Assembly: GCA_951804945.1 (NCBI GenBank)
Contig: OX638161.1
Location: 5,022,001 to 5,086,000 of the forward strand
Reading direction: 5' to 3'
From: Podarcis cretensis
Taxonomy: Eukaryota
DNA: 64,000 bases
The translations under genes were made by a program, and so were the position numbers. The notes beneath the pieces are model-generated. The model saw only the letters and a list, made by a program, of their open reading frames with translations, did no database searches and had not been told where the DNA came from. This document shows, piece by piece, positions 50,002-62,400 of the stretch. Position 1 is the first letter of the stretch, and each line of letters opens with the position of its first letter.

Positions 50002-50591
50002 TAGAATCATAGAATCATAGAATCATAGAGTTGGAAGAGACCACAAGGGCCATCGAGTCCAACCCCCTGCCAAGCAGGAAACACCATCAGAGCACTCCTG
50101 ACATATGGTTGTCAAGCCTCTGCTTAAAGACCTCCAAAGAAGGAGACTCCACCACACTCCTTGGCAGCAAATTCCACTGTCAAACAGCTCTTACTGTCAG
50201 GAAGTTCTTCCTAATGTTTAGGTGGAATCTTTTTTCTTGTAGTTTGGAACCATTGCTCCGTGTCCGCTTCTCTGGAGCAGCAGAAAACAACCTTTCTCCC
50301 TCCTCTATGTGACATCCTTTTATATATTGGAACATGGCTATCATATCACCCCTTAACTTCCTCTTCTCCAGGCTAAACATGCCCAGCTCCCTTAGCCGTT
50401 CCTCATAAGGCATCGTTTCCAGGCCTTTGACCATTTTGGTTGCCCTCCTCTGGACACGTTCCAGTTTGTCAGTGTCCTTCTTGAACTGTGGTGCCCAGAA
50501 CTGGACACAGTACTCCAGGTGAGGTCTGACCAGAGCAGAATACAGTGGCACTATTACTTCCCTTGATCTAGATGCTATGCTCCTATTGATG
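50002..50591 (-). mobile_element. Young 5'-truncated CR1 LINE
   Basis: Nearly identical to 39985-40570; 123-aa RT C-terminal ORF. Confidence 0.95.
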
Positions 50592-51369
50592 TAGCATCAG
50601 CTGTGCCAGCTGTTGGGAGATGCCACAGGGACCAGCCTCTGCCTCCTCCTTCACTGTGGCAGACATACTTCCAGAAGTGCTGTGATGGAAGGAGAAAGAA
50701 GAATGGCAACACACAGGGTTTCCCTTTTGTTTTTTGGTCCCACACTCCAGTTTGAGCCAACTGACTTGTGCAACAGCACAGAACCAAAAAGCGCCCGTCT
50801 TTTGGTCCTCTGCTCTGGTGCAGACAGAGCACGGGACTCAAAACGGGACATCCAGAATTGGGATCAGAAGGCGTCTGTCAATCCAGGATGTCCAGCTTAA
50901 AATGGGACACCTGACATTGCTACCTCTGTCCCCCTCAGTAGGGAGTCACCACCACACGTCTCCTCCTCCTCTGGGGAGTTGTTGAAATCGTTTTGTACAT
51001 TGTCCCTTCCACAGCCAGCTCTGTATGTTCTGCAACTGCTTTACTTGCTCCTCTGGCCCAGAATAAGAAAACAGATTGCCAGCAGGGTAGGAGTTTTGCA
51101 CCTCTAACCTCGGCATATTTTCCCCGAGTCTCTGCATTTGGGCCAATATCTGGAATCTTCCCCTCATGTCTACTGGAGCATATCTGGATATTATTGAGAT
51201 AGGTTACAAAGCAAGAGTCTTATGGCTCGAGAACTTCCTACTCCTTCCTCTCAACTTGCCTTCTCCTGACTGCAATTCCCTTTCTCCGATATCATTTGCT
51301 TTGAAGGTAGTAAGTGGATTATCAGCAGACGCGTCAGCTATCAGTAGTCTTGGATCTGAAGGGTATACG

Positions 51370-51850
51370 ACAAGAATGGAAAACGACTGCTCCAAGTCCA
51401 CCTCCTGTGTTTGTTTTTGCTGTAAGTTGTTCAGCTAAAAAATGGTGAAACAGCCCTAGAAGAAACAGGTTCAAAAGACTGGAAGAAGCATCGCCACTTG
51501 AGTTGAAGGAACTGGTGATAAACTTTGCAAAGCAAAAGGCACACAAAGAGAGGTTATGATGTGCCTGAAATTGAAACTTTCAAGAGACTTAAATTTTAAC
51601 ATCACAATTCACAGTATTATTCAGAATTATTTGTGTGCTAAAAAACTTTAATTTGTATTTGATAAATATAACCAAAGATTGCTGTATTACCTAGTATTGC
51701 AATTTGAGATAAATTTAGCAGTTTCAAGTTTTGTGCATTTTTTCTACAAGAAATCCATTTATTTATTTTTTAAATTGAAGTTAGCCATTTTGAGGGGCGG
51801 CGGGTGCAAGTAGTTAGCCTTGCCTAAGATGCAATAGCCTGGCACCAGCA
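51370..51850 (+). mobile_element. Decayed hAT element with TTF-type zinc-finger remnant
   Basis: CSKSTSCVCFCCKLFS followed by a frameshifted GSKDWK-like segment. GC-rich terminus-like sequence near 51790-51850. Confidence 0.5.
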
Positions 51851-51895
51851 CAACTCCTGGGAAAGTTGCTTCATCATGTCAATGAGGGAAAGTAA

Positions 51896-52446
51896 ATCAC
51901 GAAATTAAAAGACGCCTGCTTCTTGGGAGTAAAGCAGTGACAAACCTAGACAGCATCTTAAAAAGCAGAGACATCACCTTGCCAACAAAGGTCCGTATAG
52001 TTAAAGCTATGGTTTTCCCAGTAGTGATGTATGGAAGTGAGAGCTGGACCATAAAGAAGGCTGATCGCTGAAGAATTGATGCTTTTGAATTATGGTGTTG
52101 GAGGAGACTCTTGAGAGTCCCATGGACTGCAAGAAGATCAAACCTCTCCATTCTTAAGGAAATCAGCCCTGAGGGCTCACTGGAAGGACAGATCCTGAAG
52201 CTGAGGCTCCAGTACTTTGGCCACCTCATGAGAAGAGAAGACTCCCTGGAAAAGACCCTGATGTTGGGAAAGATGGAGGTCACAAGGAGAAGGGGACAAC
52301 AGAGAACAAGATGGTTGGACAGTGTTCTCAAAGCTACCAGCATGAGTTTGACCAAACTGCGGGAGGCAGTGGAAGACAGAAGGTCCTGGAGTGCTCTGGT
52401 TCATGGTTGGTCACGAAGAGTCGGACACAACTAAACGACAACAACA
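51896..52446 (+). mobile_element. RTE-BovB LINE 3' fragment
   Basis: HEIKRRLLLG..KSRDITLPTKVRIVKAMVFPVVMYGSESWT..QYFGHLMRREDSLEKTLMLGK..RWLD; (CAA)n tail. Confidence 0.93.
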
Positions 52447-52853
52447 TAGTTACTTGCTGGGTCAGGAACCCTGTCAAATTTGATTATTAGATGTTCCACC
52501 TGTTTTTGGTATATGTCATATTGGAAACCCACATTAATCCTTTTCCAACACATAGATTTCTCCTGAGTACAACACGAGCATTTATGCCCAACAGTTCTAA
52601 AAACGTGTTCCAGTTCACATTTCTTATTGAGTTTTCCCAAACATATACTGTGGAATATTATCTGCAGCCCTTGTTGCTGTTTCAGTTATGTTTTCCTTTT
52701 CTCATATTAACATTTGAACTGGCAAGCTTCTTTCAAAGTTGCCATTAAACATACAAAGAAAAAATATTCTTTTATTAATGAGACAAATATGTCTCCTGCT
52801 TTATTCATATGTTGGCTGACTACAGAAAACCAGTATCTTCTCCAATGTTATTT

Positions 52854-52987
52854 TAGGGTTGCCATATTTTGAAGAGCAAAAAAGAGGACACATTTGCCAA
52901 CCTCTACTTTTAACTATGGATCTCTCTGGCCACTCTCATCATGAAAAGGTGGACGTGTCCTAGAAAAAGAGGACATGTGGCAACCCT
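52854..52987. mobile_element. Small hAT MITE
   Basis: TIR AGGGTTGCCA..TGGCAACCCT with AAAAGAGGACA subterminal repeats. Confidence 0.7.
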
Positions 52988-53964
52988 TGTTTTTTTCTCT
53001 TCTGCAGTTGGTTTACCTACCTTCAAGTTATTTAGCAACTTGGCATACTCTTTATCTTCACTGACATTTGTGGTTAATTCTTCAAACTTGAAACAAAGCT
53101 GCAGATTTAAGTGCGCGATACTGCCCATTATGCTTTTGTGTCTCTGCTTGTTAATATTTGAAAGACAAAATTGGCCTTTTACATGAGTCAAGTTGCATGT
53201 GGTCTCCAAATGCCACATTGTTCCATCATTCTGTCTTTACCATTTTTTAAAACATCAATGGATAAAAGGAAGCATGATGCTGGATATCATGGTAATCTAA
53301 TCTATGACTGGAAGTAAAGATTTAATAAGTTTGCACAGAAGCAGAGCAGGTTCTTCACTCAGGTTTCAATACTCCGTCTTCTACCGATGCCCCACTAGAA
53401 GCACAAGTAACCGGGTGATGGTCAGACCTCCAATATTTATCCTGCAGGAACAACAATGCAACAAGACTCAGCACAACCTGTTCTATTGAACACAAAAGCT
53501 CTAATTGCATGGATCAGGAGGTGTTTACCTGTGCTTTCACATCCACCCAACCAACAAACAAGAGCCACTGCTGAGCATTACTGCGCGTGACCAGTTATTA
53601 TCACAGCACTAAGGATTTGATACACAGCTTTCTTTTCAGGATTGATTTAATAAAGCATCCTCATTTGGCCTTTGTTCCGCTTGGACTTTCAGAGCACTAG
53701 TGAGCAATTGCAAATCACCCGGCCCAGCCGGCTACAGCAGGGCAGCCCAACCTCTCAGACTGTGTAGGCCGCAAGAGCACTTCCCCACAGAAACAGCGAG
53801 CCAGTAACACACCAAAATAAATGCCCATATTGTGAATTAAAGTGTTCACAATACAGTCAATACCATTTCGTGTACAAAACTGAATATATATGATTAAATA
53901 TATACAATTAAAAGGAGGTAAAAATAAAAATATTTTAGGCTTCTAGTCAAAATTATACAATACA

Positions 53965-54568
53965 TATGATATCTTTATTGTCATTGTCCCATACAGAACA
54001 ATGAAATTGAAAAACTGCATAAAACATTCAAAAACCCCTAAAAACTCTGAAACCCCATTTTAAAATACACTATACTATAAAACCCCCTAAAAACTCTGAA
54101 ACCCCATTTTAAAATACACTATACTATACTATAAAATACACTATACTAAAAAATACACTATACTATAGAGACCCCTTATGCTGCGTTTAGAACCAGAATT
54201 GCATTTGTGTAGAAACTGTTTTTCAGGCAGCTAGTCCTGGCCTTTATAACCCTATACCTTCTTCCAGAAGGCAGAAGCTGAAAGAGATCATTTCCGGGGT
54301 GCGTACAATCCTGCGCTATCTCTGCCGCTTTCTTATGGCACCTGGAAGCATAGATTTGATCCGAGGTGGGAAGTGTGCACCCAATTATTCTCTCCGCAGT
54401 CTTTACAACCCTGGACAGCATTGTTTTTTCCCTGACCATGCAGCTCCCAAACCACACACACAGACCATAAGTTAATACGCTCTCCACAGTGCAATGGTAA
54501 AATGCCATCAACAGGTCCTATGAGAGATTGTTTTTCCAGAGGATTCTCGTAAAATATAACCTCTGCTG
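53965..54568 (-). mobile_element. Rex1/Babar LINE 3' fragment
   Basis: Minus ORF FYHCTVESVLTY..VWFG..L.RVVKTAERIIG..HPGNDLFQLLPSGRRYR..KNSFY..AI..LN, the Rex1-type RT C-terminus. Minus-strand ACAATAAAG near 53975. Confidence 0.85.
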
Positions 54569-54674
54569 TGCTCTCTTCATCAGGTCTTTGCTGTTTTCTC
54601 CCCAGGTTAGGTCATCTCTCAACTCCATTCCCAGAAATTGAAACACTTCGAGACTCTTGTGAAGCCAGTAAATT

Positions 54675-54997
54675 CAGTGGTGCCTCGCAAGATGAAAAGA
54701 ATCCGTTCCACGAGTCTCTTCGTCTAGCGGTTTTTTCATCTTGCGAAGCAAGCCCATTGATGGCTTAGCGGATTAGCGCTATTAGCGGTTTAGCGGCTTT
54801 TAGCGGATCAGCTGATAAGCGGCTTAGCGGCTTAGAAAAAGGGGGGGGGGAACTCCCGCAGGAACTCGCAAGACATTTTCGTCTTGCGAAGCAAGCCCAT
54901 AGGGAAATTCGTTTTGCGAAGCGCCTCCAAAACGGAAAACTCTTTCGTCTAGCGAGTTTTCCGTCTTGCGAGGCATTCGTCTTGCGGGGCACCACTG
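54675..54997. mobile_element. Tc1/mariner MITE with internal TTAGCGG repeats
   Basis: TIR CAGTGGTGCC(T/C)CGCAAGA(T/C)GAA; right end followed by TA. Confidence 0.8.
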
Positions 54998-55227
54998 TAA
55001 ACACAGAAGACAAGTGCACAGTGGGGGTAGGGGGAGGTGGCTAATGGCCACTTCAGCCTCCTCACCACCTCTCTCCCCCCCCCCACCATACACAAGGCCC
55101 CTTTGGGCTGGTCATTAACTAAGGGCAGCAAGAGATCTGTAGAGTTGGAAGGGGACCCGCTAGAGTTATCTAGTCCAACCCACTGCACTCGCTGACAGGT
55201 AGCTGCCACCCCCAAGTCCACCTGCTG

Positions 55228-55397
55228 GGGGTGCCAACATAAATAAAATATTGGAGGGGGGCAGGTAAGACCCACCACATATCAATCATATGATGTGGCG
55301 CATGCACACCATTTGAATCAACTTTGAGGGGGCCTGGTCCCTCAAATGTTTTATGGGGGGTCGAAGACCCCTCAGGCCCTAGGATTTGGCTCCCATG
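55228..55397. mobile_element. Non-autonomous DNA-transposon-like repeat
   Basis: Homologous to 4985-5173. Confidence 0.5.
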
Positions 55398-57246
55398 CCA
55401 TCTGCTGAACAGGGCAGCTAGCAGCAGAGCCTCCATGCCCAGGGCAGCCCACCAGCCCTGTGGAGAGCCCCACCAAATCCCCCCCTGCCTGCCTACCATG
55501 CACCATGTCTCTGCCGGGGGCCAGGCTGCACTTGCGAGAACTGATGGCCTTCCCACCGCTCTCTAAGGCTTCTCCTCTCCAGGGTGTTTCTCAGTCGCCA
55601 ACTGCTTCTGTGCACAACCATTCTCTGCTCTTTTCATTTCTCTCAGTGTCCTGCGAGACCAGGGGAGAGGGGAGCTGGTTGCAGCACAAGGGGGAGACCC
55701 CCTGGCTTCTTCACCAGCCTCTGGTCCCCCCCCCTCCTCTCCAACTTTCGCTTCAGCCCTGGAGTCTGAACTGCTCTCTGCCACAGTTTCTTCCTGCTCA
55801 CTAAACCTTACCTCTTCTGCTTCCAACACCTCCTCCTCCCGGTCTGTTCCCTCTCATGAGCACCTTTTAATGTGCTTAATGAGAGCTTCTTCTTTTCCCA
55901 GAATCTCCTTGTGCTTCGTGAAAATAGAACCGTCAATTGTTTCCTCACTTGCTTTGTACCTCCCTTTGTAAAATTTATGAGGGCCAGCAGATCTCTCTTA
56001 TCTCTCCAGGGCTGAAACAGCAAGAGCGAAGGGGGATGGGGAACAGTTCTTTCTTTTTACTGGTTTTAAATCTTAAACAAGGATGATTTATTGGGGAAGC
56101 TTTTTGTCTCTTCATTGAGCACCCTGGCATGCCATGTACATCTATATATCTTCTTGAACCCAAGAGTGTCGGTCATGCCACCAAGCAACTTCATACAGGT
56201 ACAAATTATCCAAAAGAGAAGTGTGTTTGGGACACGCTTGGTTTGAGAGTATCAGTCCTCTCTGGTTCCATTAGTGCTAGAGCATCATATTCTTTTGTCT
56301 CCCTGCCCCACCCAGTTCTCCCTCAAAATAGTTTCTTTTGCAGGGAGGGGGAGGGATTTCAAAGCTATCCAGCCCAATGCTGCCAGGCCTATTTAGCAGG
56401 GCTGCAATGCCTCACAATTTTATCCACTTCTGTAAAGGGATGGGTAGTTATAAGTGTTTTAAAAAATCCCATAACAGTGAATGGAGAAGCACAAAGTTTC
56501 AGTTTTTTGAAGTGGGATTTAGATTCAGACCCTGAGTTGAATCAGATAGCCTTTAACTTGGTTCAGAATGAATCAAACTATTTTTTGAAGCGCCAAATCA
56601 GAATCTGAACCAAATATTGTATTCAGTTTTTCTCCCTCTCATAACAATCTTGTAGACATTCAGCAAAGCTGAAGATTAGGGACAGACAAAAGAAAGTACA
56701 TCATATATTTCGGGACTCTCTCTTTCTTCTTCTTTTGTTTATTATTAAGAACACTTACTGTTTTAGTTCTCCTGGCTGCTAGTATGATAAATTTATTATT
56801 TTATTGTATATGTTGTGCTCTGATTTTATGTACGCTGCTTTAGGACTGTTGTTACAATGAAGAGTGAGTAATAAATATTTTAAGTTAAATAATTTAAAAA
56901 TACAGATGGAAATTAATTGCTTCCTTTCCTTACCACACTGTTCTTAAAACTTCAACAAGGCCGTTGGGTTCTAGAGCAGTTGCCTTGAATGGCAGCCCAG
57001 ATGAATAGGCAGCCCCATTCTGCATGCTGCAGCATCACCAAAAAACATCAACCCCTTGAACTGGGTTTCATCTATATCAATATATGTCTCTCTCTTTATA
57101 CATGATAGTGGTAATCTTCCTTCCAATAAGCTGCAGCTTATTTTCTAATTAAGTGTTGTTTTCCTGAAGTATTCTGCCTTTATTCACTCAGACACTGGTA
57201 AGATCTTTGTAGGCTGCCGGGACAAAGCTCCATTGCTACGGCTATA

Positions 57247-57473
57247 CAGTGGTACCTTGGGTTACATACGCTTCAGGTTACAGACTCCGCTAACCCAGAA
57301 ATAATACCTCGGGTTAAAAACTTTGCTTCAGGATGAGAACAGAAATTGTGCTCTGGCGGCAGCAGCAGCAGCAGGAGGCCCCATTAGCTAAAGTGGTGCT
57401 TCAGGTTAAGAACAGTTTCAGGTTAAGAACGGACCTCTGGAACGAATTAAGTACTTAACCCAAGGTACCACTG
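57247..57473. mobile_element. Tc1/mariner MITE (opposite orientation to 409-650)
   Basis: Same TIRs and internal sequence; TA TSD. Confidence 0.88.
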
Positions 57474-58556
57474 TATATAACAAGTTTTGCGGTGAACCTT
57501 CTCACTAAGTTTTTTAAATCACAGAACAGTTTTGTGTCAAACAATGCAGCTGTTGCACACAAAAACTAAATATATCTACAGGCCCATTTCAGGATGCCCA
57601 AGAAATATCCCTCATACACTTTTTATCAACTGCTGAATCAGGCAAAGCATTTGTACTCCCAAACATCAGTGTATCCTTTCAGAACAGGCTTTTAAAATTA
57701 CAAGGAAATGTACACACAGACACCTTTAACAGTTGTTCAAATGGAGCCTGTTTTTCATTGTCACAAGCAACTGTCCAAAAACCCACCAGCTATCCCGATT
57801 CCAGTTCAAGTGATTTTATTTTCTATAAAATGTATGTCATTAATGTCATATTGTACACAGTTTAGCCTGCAATCCTAATCCCATTTACCTGGGAGTAAGT
57901 CCTATTGACTCATGAATAGTGGCAAACAGGCATCTCTTTAGTCTTTAATAACCTGAAAGCCAATTTTAGATGATTGTGCAAGGTCAGCTGTTTTCCTGGA
58001 ATGGAATGGAGATACTTACCCACTTACCCTTGGAAATGAGCCACAGTGGAGCTAACATTTGATGAGTCAAGGAAGACCCCAGCTTCTTGTTGCTCAATTG
58101 CTTTTAATTCTCCAGTGGCGGTGTCAAAAAGCTTTTTCGAACTACAGGGAATAAAGATCTACATTTGGATCTGCTACCCTATGGATCCTGCCACCTGAGG
58201 CAGTTGCCTCACTTTGCCTCATGGGGGCCGGCCCTGGCCTTAACATTTTCATCCTCAAAAAGAGAGGCTGATCACTTTTACCACATCTTGATTCCAGAGG
58301 GGTGGGGCAACAAGTTCCATAGAAGACCCACGCTGCCTGTGGTGTCTTTCTGCATGTCAGATATTTAAAATTGAAATTCATTTCCAGGGTCCCTTGGAGA
58401 AATGTGCTGGGGTCTCTCTCCCACCCCCATAGGGAGCACAAAACCCCAGCAAAGACCACTTTAGCTCTGGCCCTTTTGCTCATGCCAAAAGCCTTGCCAC
58501 TCTGGCAAAGCCGAATTTTCAAGGCTCCCTGGAGAGGAGGAGTATGGGCACCTCAA

Positions 58557-59090
58557 GATCTACCCACCCTGGAAGAGTGGCAGATGAAGGTGATGGAATA
58601 TATGGAATTAGCGGAAATGACTGGCAGAATTCGAGATCTGGGAGAAGAGTTGGTGGAAGAAGACTGGAAGAAATTTAAAGACTATCTGCAGAAGTATTAC
58701 AAAATTAATGAATGTTAAAATGATGTTGGATTGAAAACAAGTGGTATTAGCAACAAAGTTAAAAAGAGTATGCAAATAAGTGAATTGATAATGGGTGAAA
58801 ACATAGAATTTTGATACGTTAAGATATAGAGTTAAGATAAATAAAAGAAGGTAAGGATTTGCTGATCTGATTTTGTAAATGGGAATACAAAAAGGGAAGG
58901 TGTGAGGAAGTCAGGAAAATAAGGATAAGAACTTTAAATAGCAAAAGAATAATGGTTGTTTTTCTTCTTTTTTATTTTTACTTTTACTTACTTTTTGTGT
59001 TTTGTGTATTTTTCTGTTTTGTGTTTTTTACTTTTCTGTTGTATTTTGTTAAAAACTTTAATAAATATCTATTTAAAAAAAAGAGAGAGA
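58557..59090 (+). mobile_element. 5'-truncated L1-like LINE
   Basis: Open frame DLPTLEEWQMKVMEYMELAEMT..EDWKKFKDYL..*, T-rich UTR, AATAAA and A-tail. 20-bp TSD GAGGAG(T/C)ATGGGCACCTCAA at 58537-58556 and 59091-59110. Confidence 0.85.
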
Positions 59091-60189
59091 GAGGAGCATG
59101 GGCACCTCAACAAGTTCCAAGTGGAAACACACCTTGGCCCATGCCCAGCCTGCCCCCCACTGGGGGCAGAGACCGAATATACTCTCCCCATGCAGTTTGT
59201 AGAGAAACACTGTGCTCCATAGCAGATGCTTCTTTTATTCCATGTGCCCAGGCTGTGATCCTGCAAAAGTACCGGGTACTTGGGTTTGGCAGAAGTGCCA
59301 ATGGCCATAGGGGAGTGCCTGGTCTTGGTTGGCAGAGAACTTGCCTGCAAGTGTCTCCAGGGTGTCTGGGACATCGCTCTGTGCCACTGAGGGTGGGGGG
59401 AAGGGCGCCAGAGCACTGCACTTTAGACATGGTCTTCACGTACGACAAAAGGTGGTGTTGGGCGACATACAGAATCACAGGTTGCCCACACCTGGGTCAA
59501 AACAGTGTTGTGTGGTCTTAATAAATTTGTGATCCACTAGACCACTCCCTCTCTCTCTACACACACACACCACGAAAAGATTCAGGGGCAGCACTTTCTT
59601 GGGGGTTTGGCTTCTTTTGAAGGGAATGGTCATTGGAGACATTTGGTGGTTTTGCAACGTTTAGGTTGATTTATAGTCCTACAAATTTGAGCACAGATGG
59701 ACACAAACAGCAGAGCACTCCTGTAAGCCACAACTTTGTTGCCTTGCACCAGATCTCTCAAGATACCCCCAGGATCCTTTCAGTTCACTCCCTGCCCCCC
59801 TTTCTCTTCTCCATTTCTGTTCCAAATCTTGCCTTCCCCCTTTGCTGCTTTTCCCTCGCACGACCTCAGTACCTGCCCTGTGCTGTGCGGCTGGAGATGG
59901 GGATAGGGATCGAGGAATGTCTTATCTGAAATGGTCCTTCCAGCCCAGGGGGATGTCCAGCTATTCCAAGGCCTTTGGGGACCCTTTACCTGTCATTTCC
60001 CCTTTTTAAAAAAGGGATCTGAGCGACATGTTTGGCCTTACGTTGCCTCTCAAATACTATAATCTCATAATAAAATGCAGTCACAATTCAGAAGCCACTA
60101 TCACGGTAGGTCAAATCCAGTGACCATCTATCGAGAGCAACCGGCGGAGAGGCGACCTGAAGCTGTGCAGAGAGGGCTTGGGAGCAGAC

Positions 60190-60405
60190 CAGTGGCGTAG
60201 CGTGGGGGGTGCAGGGGGGCCGGCCGCAACATCTGGGGGTTAGAGTTAGGGATAGGGTAAAGGTAAAGGTAAAGGTACCCCTGTCCGTACGGGCCAGTCT
60301 TGACAGACTCTGGGGTTGTGCGCCCATCTCACTTAAGAGGCCAGGGGCCAGCGCTGTCCGGAGACACTTCCGGGTCACGTGGCCAGCGTGACATCGCTGC
60401 TCTGG

Positions 60406-60436
<31 letters not shown>

Positions 60437-60734
60437 CGCACACGGAAACGCCGTTTACCTTCCCGCTGGTAAGCGGTCCCTATTTATCTACTTGCACCCG
60501 GAGGTGCTTTCGAACTGCTAGGTTGGCAGGCGCTGGGACCGAGCAGCGGGAGCGCACCCCGCCGCGGGGATTCGAACCGCCGACCTTTCGATCGGCAAGC
60601 CCTAGGCGCTGAGGCTTTAACCCACAGCGCCACCTGCGTCCCAAGGGATAGGGTTAGGGGGCGCAAATCCACGGGTTAGGGGGCGCAAATTACTTGCCTT
60701 GCCCCAGGTGCTGACAACCCACGCTAGGCCACTG
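60190..60734. mobile_element. hAT-like MITE hosting a Sauria SINE
   Basis: TIR CAGTGGC(G/C)TAGCGTGGG; flanking direct repeat AGCAGAC at 60183-60189 and 60735-60741. Confidence 0.8.
60259..60643 (-). mobile_element. Sauria SINE, subfamily B, with (GCCAGA)n expansion
   Basis: 11-bp TSD AGGGATAGGGT at 60248-60258 and 60644-60654. Confidence 0.93.
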
Positions 60735-60749
60735 AGCAGACCTGTTTCC

Positions 60750-62400
60750 CCCCCTCTCCTGTTATGGCAAGCCTGGGGGTTCGGAGCCCAGCCGGCGCAG
60801 GGAGCGGGCCTGCCCTCGCCTCGCCTCGCCTCGCCTCGCCGGCCGCCAGGCGTCCGCTGCGCCCCGGAGCGAGGGCCCTTGGCAGCGCGCAGCCCGGCCG
60901 CCCCGAACATGGCTGCCCGGAGGGGGAGGAAGGGGCTGGCGTCGGCGCCCACCCCCCGGTCGCCGTCCCGCCAAGAAAGTCCGGCCCGCGCCGGGTCCCC
61001 GAGGCGGAAGGCTCGCCTCGCCAGGAGCCCCGTCGGCGGCGGCGGCGGCGCAAGACGCGAGGGCTCCCTCCCCGCGCGCCTCCTGCCCGCTGCCTGCTCC
61101 CCGCGCGCCCAGGGCGCCGTCGGTTGCGGCTGCGCGCAACAAGCGGCGGGAGGGGGCGGCGGCGGCGGCGGCGGGGGAGGGTTTAAAGCCCGGCGGAGGC
61201 GGAGGCGATGCCTGGGAGCGGGGAAGGCGAGTCAGCTGAGGAGCGAGCGCGGGCAGCAGCAGCAGCGGCAGGAGGAGAAGGCGGCGGCGGCGCGCAGCCC
61301 GGAGTTGCCGGAGGACGGACGCCTGGAGGGCAGCTCCTGGCCGGCCTCGGCCGCAGGTTGGGCTGCCCTTCTCCCGCTTTCGGTGCATCCCCCTCCCCTT
61401 CCTCCCGGAGGAAGAGCTGCCCCTTCCCGTCTCGGCGGGTCCCTCCCTCCTCTCCCTCTTGCCCGGCCGCTCCGAAACTTGCTGGGAGGGCCGCGCCAGG
61501 CAGGCGAGCGGGAGCCACGCGGGGGACGGAGCCCGGACCCGGTCCTTGCTGGTGAGCGGGCGGGCGGGCGGCGGAGAGGCGGGCGCGCGGCGGCCCCTCT
61601 GCCTAAGCCAGGCGAGGAAGTTTCTGGCCGTCCCGGGAGCGGAGAAGTCCTGGTCGCCCCTCCGCCGCCGCAGCTGCGGATCCGGGCGGCGCGGGCTGGG
61701 AAGGACTTTCCGGCCAGTTGGCGAAGCGCGCGCAGGATGGCTCGCCCGCCGCCTCCCTCCTCCGGGCAACTTGGCGCGCCCGAGGGGGAGCTGCGCGCGG
61801 GGGGAGAAGCAGCGCACCAAGCGCGCGGCCGGGGGATGCGGCGCCCGGGCTTTCGGGTCGCTTTCGCCGCCTTCTTCTTCCCTTCCTTCCTTCCTTTCTT
61901 TTCTCCTTTCAAGGCGGGCGAGACTTCTCCGGAGCCTCGGTGCCCTTTCCACATTGCATCATAAAACCAGGGTGGAGCCAGCGCGCCCGCCCGCCCGCCC
62001 GCCTGCTCCTCCTCCTCCTCCGCCGCCGCCGCCTGCCCTTCTGCAAGTAACCCCAGCGGAGGGGCTTGCCCGGCTCTCCCAATCGCCGCCGCCGCCGCCG
62101 CTCCGGCGCGCGCTGCCCTTGGTGCGGGTCGGGGGCCGCGCTTGTCCCGGGAAAGTGCCCGAGAGGAGGCTGCTTTGGCCGGAGGCGGAGGCGGAAGAGA
62201 GCTCGGGCTCTCCTGGTCCGGTAAGAAACGAGGCTCCCGGCTGCGGGCGAGAGACTGAGCTGGGAAGGCGCCGGCTTCGGGGCTGCGCCGACGGAGTTTG
62301 CCAGCCACGTTGTGGCCGCTGGGTTGCGGCGACTGTCTGTTGGCGACGATTGCGCGCGTGGCACTGGATCTTTTGGGCCAAAAAGGATTCCCCCAAACTT
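60750..62400 (+). promoter_or_regulatory. CpG island; probable GRB10 promoter and non-coding first exon(s)
   Basis: Very GC- and CpG-rich with GGC repeats and GC boxes. TTTAAA near 61182. Donor-like sites CTG|gtgagc (61552), CAA|gtaacc (62047), CCG|gtaaga (62221). Gene identity is inferred only from COBL-GRB10 synteny. Confidence 0.7.

Noticed and set aside
56129-56608. 159-aa intergenic ORF
   Set aside because: No recognisable motif, splice context or homology; compatible with chance.
60236-60682. Interstitial telomere (TTAGGG-like motifs, also at 46951 and 49315)
   Set aside because: Only a few degenerate units, mostly internal to a MITE; too short to indicate a fusion or healing site.
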